Shown: positions 46,671-55,010 of the stretch, in pieces | Layout: each line of letters opens with the position of its first letter | Position numbering within the stretch: the stretch's first letter is position 1 | NCBI GenBank assembly: GCA_964422295.1 | Contig: CAYRAM010000002.1 | Location: forward strand, 24,052-88,051 | Direction: 5' to 3' | DNA: 64,000 nt | From: an uncultured Planctomycetia bacterium | GTDB lineage: Bacteria; Planctomycetota; UBA8108; UBA1146 | Translations under genes and position numbers: made by a program | Notes under the pieces: model-generated | Told to the model about the DNA's origin: nothing | Seen by the model: the letters and a program-made list of their open reading frames with translations, nothing else | The model's database searches: none

Positions 46671-48212
46671 ATGTCGACCTTGATGAACAAACTTCTGGCC
46701 CTGGTGACTGCACTGCTATTGATATGCCAGCATGGCACACTGGAGGCACAATCCTCTCCCAAGGTCGCCTTGACCGGGGGCAAAATTTTGACCGTCTCCG
46801 GGGCTCCTGTCGTCGACGGCACCATCCTGATCGAAAACGGGATCATTCAGGCTGTCGGCGATGGATCGATGGCGATTCCCTACGATGCCATGGAAGTGGA
46901 TTGCAGCGGGATGATCCTTGCACCCGGGTTGGTCGATGCCCACAACCCGGCAGGGCTGGATATCCCCAATGAAAATCTGTCGGTAGCACCCTTTGTCGAC
47001 GTCTATGACGCCATCGATCCCTCCCGCTTCTTCTTTGAAAATTCCCTGCGCAATGGCGTTTCTACGGTTCATGTCATGCAAGGCAACAACTGTGTTGTCG
47101 GGGGAGTCAGTCGGGTCGTTCACCCCATCGGACTGTCTCCAGACGAGATGACCCGTTTGCCAGGGATTGCTCTCAAGATGTCGGTATCCCCCAAGGGAGG
47201 ATACGACCGTCTGAGACAGCGCGCAGAGCTTCGGGAAGTCTTCAGCGAGTTTGATCGTTGGCATCAGGATCTTGCCGAAACCCGTTACGGCCAGGAAGCG
47301 GAAAACAGTGATGAGCTGGATCCTCTGCCACCTGCGGAAGCCCGTGAAAAGGGCAAGTCGTTGATTCGGGAAGAGGACCTGGATGACCGCCATCGCCATC
47401 TGGCTTACCTCAGTGATGGAAAACTCGGTGCCTGGCTGCACTGTGGTTCAGCGACGGATGTGGCTCCCGCCCTCGAGATGATCGAGCAGAGGGGGTGGAC
47501 AGGCAGGGCTGTCCTTGTCCTGTCGGGAGATGCCCCCCTCGCCGCCGACGAAATCGCGGCGGCAAAGGTTCCCGTCGTATTGGACAGCAACCTGATCCAC
47601 CGGGAGCGGGATGCCATCAGTGGAGAAGTTGAGGAGACCTTCATTCCTGAGGTGATGCGCAGAAAGCGGATTCGATTTGCTCTTCAGAGTGGACGCAGCA
47701 ATGTCATTCCTGAAAATCTTCTGACCTACCAGGCTGCTCGCCTCGTCCGCAACGGCATGTCCCAGGAGCGGGCGCTTCGGGTGATCACTCTCGGTGCCGC
47801 AGAGATCTGTGGAGTGGCTGATCAATACGGCTCCATCGACCAGGGCAAAGTCGCAAATATCGTCATGTGGACCGGCAATCCTCTCGAGATGACCTCTTGG
47901 GTTCAGAAGGTCTGGATCGAAGGAATCCTCGCCTACGACCGGGAGAAGGACGCACGGCTGGAGAGACTTTTCCCCGATGCCCCTGAAATAGAGGCTGTCG
48001 GTGAGCCCCTTGCAGAGGATGAAACTGCCGCCGAGACACCTGCGGAGGCACCTGAAGGAGATGGGGAAGAGGGAGAAGCGGCCGAGGATGGGTCCAAGTC
48101 CGATGGAGAAGATGGAGCAGAGCCCCTGAAAAAGGATCGCAAGAGTGGTGAGGATTCTCCGAAGCCGACCCCAGCTCCCGAACCGGACTCCGGAAACAAG
48201 GGAGGCCTCTAG
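46671..48212 (+). CDS. Secreted amidohydrolase-superfamily paralog 4 ('DAHN', one His retained).
   Basis: ATG 46671 is preceded by GAGGT. Signal peptide 'LLALVTALLLICQHG'. 'LAPGLVDAHNPAG' and a C-terminal 'ANIVMWTGNPLEMTSWVQKVWIEGIL', followed by an acidic tail 'EDETAAETPAEAPEGDGEEGEAAEDGSKSDGEDG'. Confidence 0.6.
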   Translation: MSTLMNKLLALVTALLLICQHGTLEAQSSPKVALTGGKILTVSGAPVVDGTILIENGIIQAVGDGSMAIPYDAMEVDCSGMILAPGLVDAHNPAGLDIPNENLSVAPFVDVYDAIDPSRFFFENSLRNGVSTVHVMQGNNCVVGGVSRVVHPIGLSPDEMTRLPGIALKMSVSPKGGYDRLRQRAELREVFSEFDRWHQDLAETRYGQEAENSDELDPLPPAEAREKGKSLIREEDLDDRHRHLAYLSDGKLGAWLHCGSATDVAPALEMIEQRGWTGRAVLVLSGDAPLAADEIAAAKVPVVLDSNLIHRERDAISGEVEETFIPEVMRRKRIRFALQSGRSNVIPENLLTYQAARLVRNGMSQERALRVITLGAAEICGVADQYGSIDQGKVANIVMWTGNPLEMTSWVQKVWIEGILAYDREKDARLERLFPDAPEIEAVGEPLAEDETAAETPAEAPEGDGEEGEAAEDGSKSDGEDGAEPLKKDRKSGEDSPKPTPAPEPDSGNKGGL

Positions 48213-48213
48213 G

Positions 48214-50943
48214 ATGCTGACAGGCAAGTGGACCCGGCTGACCGGGTACCTTCTTTTCTTCGCATGGGTGTCCCTGTTTCCTGCGGGGGAGTTGCTGGCT
48301 GGCGGTGACTTCGTTCTGCGGGCGGGTCATCTGCACACGGGGCAGCAAGGGATCGTCGATGGAGCCATCGTCGTTCGCGACGGCAAGGTTGTTGCGAGTG
48401 GGCCTTGGCAAGAGGTGTCATCCCAATTGCCGGGAGATCTGCCGGTGATGCACTGGCCCGATGCCTATGTCACCCCGGGAATCGTCGCCGCGTCCAGTGC
48501 TGTCGTGGGACCTCACCGGGGTCAAGAGTCGATTTCGGCGGAGTATCGTGCGGTGGATGGATACGACACTTATGGCGATCACCGCCCGCTGCTCGAAACC
48601 GGGGTCACCACCATTCATGTCAATCCCGGTGAGCATCGCTTGATGTCGGGCCAAGGTGGTGTCGTCAAATTGGTCGGCGCTCCGTCAGAGCGGGTTTTGT
48701 CCAGGTCCTCCGATCTGTCGATCTCCCTGAGGGATCAGGTGGACAGTCCCGATCCCCTGCTGGAGATCCCCTTCCCGGCTTCCAGTGACGTTCAGATAGA
48801 ACCACCCACTGCGCAGAGGCCCGGAAGTAGAATCGATCGTCTTCTCGCATTGAAAGAGGCGCTCGACGAGGCCAAGGAGGATCGTTGGGCCCATGGCCAC
48901 TTGGCGGATCATTGGCAGTCCGGAGTTCCCTTGCGGATCTCCGCCGACGCCACTCCCGACATTCAGGGGATTTTGCAGATGCTGGAAACGGAAGATCGCA
49001 ACGGATATCTGGTGACCGATGCCGTCATCCAGGGAATGGAAGACCGGCTTGCCGCCGCAGGGGTCCCCGTCGTTTTGCGAATGAGTGGTCCCCAGGGAGA
49101 TGTTCCCAATGGGGGAGTCCTCAAGCCCCATGGCTTTCCAAAGTTGAATGGAAATCCTCCATGGGCATTGGCCCCCCCCGGGGATGACCTCTCGAGCATG
49201 GGGTGGGCGATCACCGAAGCGGCTGCCCACATGGAATCCCCCGAATCGGTGATCCCGTGGGTGACCCACAATGCAGCAACCATCCTCGGAGTCGCCGATC
49301 GGGTCGGCCATCTGGAGGTGGGGGCCGATGCGGATGTCGTCGTCTGGAATGATGCTCCGTGGGAGATTCATGCCCGACCCCTCGAAGTTTTCATCGACGG
49401 TTTGCGGGCGTGGCAGCCGGATGAAGGAAGTGCGACGGTGATCAGTGCGGACACCATCTGGATCTCACCACAGGAGCAGATCACCGGTGGTCAAGTACTG
49501 CTGGAGGATGGCAAGATCACCGCTGTCGGCCACATGGTTCCGCATCCACCCCATTGTCAAATTATCGATGCCGGCCCGGGCAGTTTTATGACTCCCGGAT
49601 TCATCGACTGCTACGGACATCTGGGATTGGACGGGGAAACGGCTTCGATGGGTACCGGTGATCGACTCCATCGTCTGCTTGGAGTGACCGGTCCCCGGGA
49701 GCACAGCGTCGCACTCGCAGGAGTCACCAGCCAACTTATGGCACCGCGTCGATTGCAGAGGGGGGCCGGGATCGGTGTTCTGGCGAAGACCTCCGGCTCC
49801 AGTCGTGCACAACGGATCGCCGATGATTATTCGATTCTCCTGCTGGAGATCTCCGATTCGGGCTTCAGTGCTACCAAACGGCTTTTCGATCAGGGTGCTA
49901 AGTACCTAGAGACGTGGCAAAAGTACGAGAAAGATCTTGCCGAGTGGAAGAAGAAGAAGGCCGCAGGGGAAAAGATCGAAAAGAGCAAAGAGGAGGAGGT
50001 CGAGGAGGTTCCCGAAGAGAAAGAGGATGATCCTTTGACCGGAATCTGGGAGATGACCGTCAGTGGAGGTCCGATTCCAGAACCTGAGACGGCAACGATT
50101 TCGATCACGCTGAACGGATCAGAGTGGGAAGGCAGGGTCATCGAACCCGTACCCCCGGTCCAGATCAGGATTGTCGGTACCCTCGAAGGGACGACTCTCG
50201 TGGGAACCATCGAAGTTCCCGACGGTGACCTGCCCGATACCCCAAAGATCGAGGCTGAACTTTCAGGAGAAGATTCACTCACGGGAAAGATTTCGATCCT
50301 GACCTTTTCTGCCGATCTCACGGGAGTGCGAACGAGCAAGGAAGCGAAGACTTTCAAAGTCACCCGTCGCAAGAAGCAGGCGGACGACGGCAGACCGATG
50401 CCTCCGCGGGTGAGGGACACCCTGGAACCGATCCGCACGGTTCTGGAGAAGAAGACCCCCGTACTCGTGGCAGTTCGGGGATTCAACTCTTTGCCTGCGG
50501 TCATCGACTATTTCACGGAGAAAAAAATCCCGTTTGCGGTCCAACTCGATGAAAACATGAGATTCCACAGGGACCTGCTGATTGAGAAAAAAGTCCCGGT
50601 CCTGCTTCCTGAGGAGATGAGTTTCGAGGCCGCGGATAACTCCTATATGCCTTCGACGTTCCTGGGCAGGGCGGGGGTCACAGTGGGCTTCAGAAGTTCT
50701 GCAGGAGATGGTGCCCGACGCTTGCCATTCCGTGTCTGGAATGAGGTTGCCAATGGCATGGCTCCTGATGCAGCACTCACCGCGCTGACGACGGGCGCAG
50801 CCCATGTCGTGGGAGCGCATGATCGAATCGGCCAAATCCGCGAGGGATTGGCTGCGGATCTCCTGATTTGGAAGGGGCACCCCTTCGAAGCGGGAAGTCA
50901 TCTCGAAAGGGTCTTTGTCAACGGAGAGGAGGTCCACCGATGA
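48214..50943 (+). CDS. Secreted tandem double-module amidohydrolase-superfamily paralog 5 (909 aa).
   Basis: The ATG at 48214 is 2 nt after the upstream TAG. RBS AAGGGAGG. Signal peptide 'LLFFAWVSLFPAG'. Module 1 has 'VTPGIVAASSAV', module 2 has 'MTPGFIDCYGHLGLDG', and the C-terminus reads 'ADLLIWKGHPFEAGSHLERVFVNGEEV'. Confidence 0.6.
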   Translation: MLTGKWTRLTGYLLFFAWVSLFPAGELLAGGDFVLRAGHLHTGQQGIVDGAIVVRDGKVVASGPWQEVSSQLPGDLPVMHWPDAYVTPGIVAASSAVVGPHRGQESISAEYRAVDGYDTYGDHRPLLETGVTTIHVNPGEHRLMSGQGGVVKLVGAPSERVLSRSSDLSISLRDQVDSPDPLLEIPFPASSDVQIEPPTAQRPGSRIDRLLALKEALDEAKEDRWAHGHLADHWQSGVPLRISADATPDIQGILQMLETEDRNGYLVTDAVIQGMEDRLAAAGVPVVLRMSGPQGDVPNGGVLKPHGFPKLNGNPPWALAPPGDDLSSMGWAITEAAAHMESPESVIPWVTHNAATILGVADRVGHLEVGADADVVVWNDAPWEIHARPLEVFIDGLRAWQPDEGSATVISADTIWISPQEQITGGQVLLEDGKITAVGHMVPHPPHCQIIDAGPGSFMTPGFIDCYGHLGLDGETASMGTGDRLHRLLGVTGPREHSVALAGVTSQLMAPRRLQRGAGIGVLAKTSGSSRAQRIADDYSILLLEISDSGFSATKRLFDQGAKYLETWQKYEKDLAEWKKKKAAGEKIEKSKEEEVEEVPEEKEDDPLTGIWEMTVSGGPIPEPETATISITLNGSEWEGRVIEPVPPVQIRIVGTLEGTTLVGTIEVPDGDLPDTPKIEAELSGEDSLTGKISILTFSADLTGVRTSKEAKTFKVTRRKKQADDGRPMPPRVRDTLEPIRTVLEKKTPVLVAVRGFNSLPAVIDYFTEKKIPFAVQLDENMRFHRDLLIEKKVPVLLPEEMSFEAADNSYMPSTFLGRAGVTVGFRSSAGDGARRLPFRVWNEVANGMAPDAALTALTTGAAHVVGAHDRIGQIREGLAADLLIWKGHPFEAGSHLERVFVNGEEVHR

Positions 50944-52181
50944 GGATCTCTACAGTCATGAATTGCCTGATCCTGTTGCTCTTTATCTTCGGTGTTCCAG
51001 CCGGCTTGGTCCACGGGGATACCTTGGCCTTCAAAGTCGGCAAGGTGGTGACCTTCGATGACGACGAGCGGGTGATCAACAATGCCACCGTCATCGTCAA
51101 GGATGGCAAGATCGCAGAGCTGGGCAAAACCAAGGACATCCAAATCCCGGCGGGTGCACGAGTGATCGAGCACCCGGACTTGTGGCTGGTTCCCGGATTT
51201 GTCGAGTGCCACAACCACACCGGTGGCGGCTCCCCCGATCTGCACGATTACGTTTATCTGACCAATCCCGGCTTGCGAACCCTTGAATCGATCGTTCCCG
51301 ACAACCCGGAGATGATTCGCGCCCGCGCCGGAGGAGTGACCACCGTGCTGACGATCCCGGGAAGCGGCAACAACATGTCCGGCTTCGGAACGATTTTGAA
51401 GACGGCGGGTGGTTCGGTGGAGGAGTCGGTGCTCAAGGCGCCCGGCTCGTTGAAGATCGCCCAGGCAGGGAACCCGGAGCGTTACTTTTACGGTGTCGGT
51501 CGATCCTTCATGAACTTCAATACTCGGCAGACTCTTCGTAAAGCCAAAGACTACCATTTGGCCAGAACCGAGTGGGAGGAGGGCAGGCTCGCCGTGGAGC
51601 CCGCCTTCAATCTGAACTGGGAAGAATTCCGTCCCCTCTTCCGTCGGGAGACTGTGGCTTCGGTTCACACCCAGATTTATCAGGTATTGATGACCACCGT
51701 CAAAATGGTGGCGGGTGAGTTCAACATCCGAACGGTGCTGGATCACTCGACCTTTGACGCATGGAAAGTGGCCCCGCTGGTCAATGCGGATGAGTCGATC
51801 TACACCATCAATGGCCCTCGACAGTTGCACTATGACCGCACACAGAGAAGGCTGATGGGAAATGCTGCTCGCTGGTGGCAAGGTGGAGTCCGTAAACTGG
51901 GGATCAACACCGACTCGCCAGTGGTTCCCCAGGAAGAACTCGCTTATCAGGCGAGCATGGCTTGTTACTACGGTTGGAAGCCTTACGAAGCTCTGAAAGG
52001 CATCACCCGAATCCCTGCAGAAGCACTGATGCTGGAACATCGTCTCGGAAGTATTTCTGTCGGTCTGGATGCCGATTTCTGCCTGTGGACCGGGGATCCC
52101 ATCGATCCGAGATCTTCCTGTGAGGTGACTGTCATCGATGGTGAAGTCACCTACGAGGCCAGTGAGAAGAGGGTCTTCTAA
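50940..52181 (+). CDS. Secreted amidohydrolase-superfamily paralog 6, the only one with an intact H-x-H metal-binding motif.
   Basis: ATGA overlap. Signal peptide 'LILLLFIFGVPAGLVHG'. 'LVPGFVECHNHTGGG' (H-x-H) and a C-terminal 'ADFCLWTGDPIDPRSSCEVTVIDGEVTY'. Confidence 0.65.
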   Translation: MRISTVMNCLILLLFIFGVPAGLVHGDTLAFKVGKVVTFDDDERVINNATVIVKDGKIAELGKTKDIQIPAGARVIEHPDLWLVPGFVECHNHTGGGSPDLHDYVYLTNPGLRTLESIVPDNPEMIRARAGGVTTVLTIPGSGNNMSGFGTILKTAGGSVEESVLKAPGSLKIAQAGNPERYFYGVGRSFMNFNTRQTLRKAKDYHLARTEWEEGRLAVEPAFNLNWEEFRPLFRRETVASVHTQIYQVLMTTVKMVAGEFNIRTVLDHSTFDAWKVAPLVNADESIYTINGPRQLHYDRTQRRLMGNAARWWQGGVRKLGINTDSPVVPQEELAYQASMACYYGWKPYEALKGITRIPAEALMLEHRLGSISVGLDADFCLWTGDPIDPRSSCEVTVIDGEVTYEASEKRVF

Positions 52182-53476
52182 TGAAATTCAGCAGATTCGC
52201 CCTGGTTCTTCCCCTCCTGTGCCTGATCAGCATTGAAGCGTTTGCCAGTGATCGTGTAACCGTGATCAAGGCGGGTTCGGTGATCACAGGGACCGGTGAA
52301 ACGATCAGTCCCGGAGAAGTCGTCATCGAAGATGGCAAAATCACGCTGGTCGGATCCCAATTGGAGATTCCTGATAACGCCAGGATCATCGACGCCCGCA
52401 ATCAAACATTGATGCCTGGGTTGGTCCTTGCACAAACCAGCCAAGGCTTGCTCGGCGGCAGGGTCAGTGGGGTCGGTTGTGATCAAACCGTACTTACACG
52501 GTGGGTCGAATCGGAAATGGATTGGGAAGCATTTCTCGAAGCAGGCGTGGTGGCTGCAGCGTTCGTTCCTGCTGGAACCGGTTTTCATGGACAGGCAATC
52601 GTTGTTCATACCGGTCCCGAAGGGGGAGATCGAATCCTTCGCGAGTCCGTTTACTTGCCCTTGGCGGTGACCGGTTCAACATCCTTGCATCGGACGGTCC
52701 AACAGGCTTTCGATGGGGCCAGGGGTGAGATCGAGAAGGTCAAGAAAGCGCGCGAAAAATGGGATAAGGAGCAGGAGGAGGCCAAGAAAAAAGCGAAAGA
52801 GGAAAAGGAGTCAGAAGAGGATGCCGCTGCGGACTCCAAGGAAAAAGAGAAAGAGGAACCAAAGGAGTTCAAGGCCCCGGAAATCCGACCTTCCCTGAAA
52901 CCGCTGGTAGCGATTTTGGAAGAGAAATCCACCGCCATGCCGATGGTGGTGTCCATCAGTTCTCCCGGGGCGATGTTGCATGTCGATGCTGCCCTGGAAA
53001 GTGTCAAAGAATTGGAAGACCGGGACCCCCAAGCCATCTTTGTCCTTCCCGGCAGCAGAAACGGTGCGTTTCACGTAGTTGTCGATCAGTTGATCGAGCG
53101 CAAAGCGACGGTGTTGATCCCACCCGGAATGAGTGCATTGCCCGATACTTATTTCCGTTACCATGTTCCGGCGGCACTCTCGAGGGGGGGCTGTGACGTG
53201 ATCACCCTTCCGCGATCGGATAATCCCGGCGGCATGAGAGAACTCCCCGGTTTTCTTGCGGAACAGGTTCGTTATGGCATGTCGGCGGAAGACGCCATCG
53301 CCTCACTGACTTCCAAGCCGGCCAAGTTCCTTGGCCTGGGTGACCGCATGGGAACCATCGAAGAGGGCAAGGATGCCCATTTGATTGTGCTCAATGGATC
53401 GCTTCTTGATCCAGGGGCCCATGTCATGAAAACCATCATCTCCGGTAAAGTTGTCTGGGATCGGGAGGATCGATAA
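52181..53476 (+). CDS. Secreted amidohydrolase-superfamily paralog 7 (no His in the HxH region).
   Basis: TAATG overlap. Signal peptide 'FALVLPLLCLISIEAFA'. 'LMPGLVLAQTSQG', a KE-rich insert 'KAREKWDKEQEEAKKKAKEEKESEEDAAADSKEKEKEEPKE' and a C-terminal 'AHLIVLNGSLLDPGAHVMKTIISGKVVW'. Confidence 0.6.
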   Translation: MKFSRFALVLPLLCLISIEAFASDRVTVIKAGSVITGTGETISPGEVVIEDGKITLVGSQLEIPDNARIIDARNQTLMPGLVLAQTSQGLLGGRVSGVGCDQTVLTRWVESEMDWEAFLEAGVVAAAFVPAGTGFHGQAIVVHTGPEGGDRILRESVYLPLAVTGSTSLHRTVQQAFDGARGEIEKVKKAREKWDKEQEEAKKKAKEEKESEEDAAADSKEKEKEEPKEFKAPEIRPSLKPLVAILEEKSTAMPMVVSISSPGAMLHVDAALESVKELEDRDPQAIFVLPGSRNGAFHVVVDQLIERKATVLIPPGMSALPDTYFRYHVPAALSRGGCDVITLPRSDNPGGMRELPGFLAEQVRYGMSAEDAIASLTSKPAKFLGLGDRMGTIEEGKDAHLIVLNGSLLDPGAHVMKTIISGKVVWDREDR

Positions 53477-54876
53477 TGACACGCCCTATTCGCACCCTTA
53501 CGGCCATGCTCGCGTTCGTCATCGTATTCACGGATTTTCCTGTGATTCCAGGTGGATTCAGTCTCTCCGGAAGTATCTGTGAAGCTCAGGATCCGCCTCG
53601 ACGCCGCAGAGGTCGTCGCAGGCCGACCCCTCCTCCGACTCCTGCTCCCGAACCTGAGAAGAAGGAAGTCATCGCTTCCGATTCGGAAGATGAATACCTC
53701 GTCATCAAGGGAGCAACCATTCACACGGTGACTGGTGGAACTCATAGGAATGGAACCCTGATCAGCAAAAACGGCAAGATCTATCAAATCGTTGCCGGTC
53801 CCGTTGATGCTCCAGAGGGGGCAGAGATCATCGAAGCGGCGGGCCATCACATTTATCCCGGACTCGTGGCTTTCCGATCATCCGGTCTCGTCGGATCGGG
53901 AGAGGCTGAGAAGAGCCAGGATCCTTTTGGCCTCAACACCACCATGGGTTTGGCAGCAGGGATCACTTCTACATGGAACGGATCCCGAGTTACCAAATTG
54001 GTTCATGGTAGCCTCGAAGATCTGACGATCCGCCCAAAGTCCTTCAGCAGGATCAATTACAGTTATCGTAATTCGCGCGGGCGCAAGGATCTGCGGCAGG
54101 CGTTTGACCGGGTGCTGGAACATCTGCGTGCTCTGGAGCGCCATGAGGAGGAGAAGAAGGAGAACCCCGAGGCAAAGCCGCCGGAGGACAAATGGATCAA
54201 GGGGGTCTTTGCCGTCGTCCGCAGTTTGCTGACAGGGGAGAGTAAGGCTTTGGTGCGAACGAGATCGATCGCAGAGATTCGAGAGTATTCTTCCCTGGCC
54301 CGGAAATACGGCTTTGACATCGTTTTTGAAGGTGCCGAAGAGGGGTGGATCGATCCCGGAGCCCTCTCCCGATGCGGGGCAAGTGCCATTATTTCACCGC
54401 GTTCCCGTGTGAATGCCGACGATGAACTGAATCGGGAGAGTGGATCGAGCATCGAGAATGGAAAGATTCTACACGATGCCGGTGTTCCTCTTGTGATCAT
54501 CCCTGGCAGTACCGGAATTGCCCTTTGGGGTCTCGCCGGCAGGGATCTGTCCCACCTTCCCCTCGAGGCCGCTTTCGCCGTCCGTGGAGGGTTGCCGGAA
54601 CAGGTCGCCATCGAGGCGATCACCATCGAGCCGGCGAGGCTGCTCGGAGTTGCCGATCGGGTGGGTTCTCTCGAAGTGGGAAAAGATTCCGACTTTATCA
54701 TCACCGATGGGGATCTGCTCGATTACATGACCTTGGTTCGGTGGGCGATCGTCAATGGCAAGATTCAATACGACAAGGAAAAAGAAGGCATTCTGGACCA
54801 CATTAGACCGGGTGGTGATCAAGACGCTCCTGCGCCCGATGACCATTGGCCTCGGCGCTTGGGTGATCCCCTCTAG
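53476..54876 (+). CDS. Secreted amidohydrolase-superfamily paralog 8 (no His in the HxH region).
   Basis: TAATG overlap. RBS GGGAGGA. Signal peptide 'LTAMLAFVIVFTDF', followed by a basic/Pro-rich 'PPRRRRGRRRPTPPPTPAPEPE'. 'IYPGLVAFRSSGL' and a C-terminal 'SDFIITDGDLLDYMTLVRWAIVNGKIQY'. Confidence 0.6.
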   Translation: MTRPIRTLTAMLAFVIVFTDFPVIPGGFSLSGSICEAQDPPRRRRGRRRPTPPPTPAPEPEKKEVIASDSEDEYLVIKGATIHTVTGGTHRNGTLISKNGKIYQIVAGPVDAPEGAEIIEAAGHHIYPGLVAFRSSGLVGSGEAEKSQDPFGLNTTMGLAAGITSTWNGSRVTKLVHGSLEDLTIRPKSFSRINYSYRNSRGRKDLRQAFDRVLEHLRALERHEEEKKENPEAKPPEDKWIKGVFAVVRSLLTGESKALVRTRSIAEIREYSSLARKYGFDIVFEGAEEGWIDPGALSRCGASAIISPRSRVNADDELNRESGSSIENGKILHDAGVPLVIIPGSTGIALWGLAGRDLSHLPLEAAFAVRGGLPEQVAIEAITIEPARLLGVADRVGSLEVGKDSDFIITDGDLLDYMTLVRWAIVNGKIQYDKEKEGILDHIRPGGDQDAPAPDDHWPRRLGDPL

Positions 54877-55010
54877 GAGGCGATCTCCCTTTCCTGACAT
54901 AAGTTCTTTGACCCTTCTTCCGGGATTGACACTTTTGGAGGAAAGGCAAGAATTGAACTCACAGATGTACCCCTGCTACCTTGCCATCCTCTGTGAGAAA
55001 TGGTCCCTGA

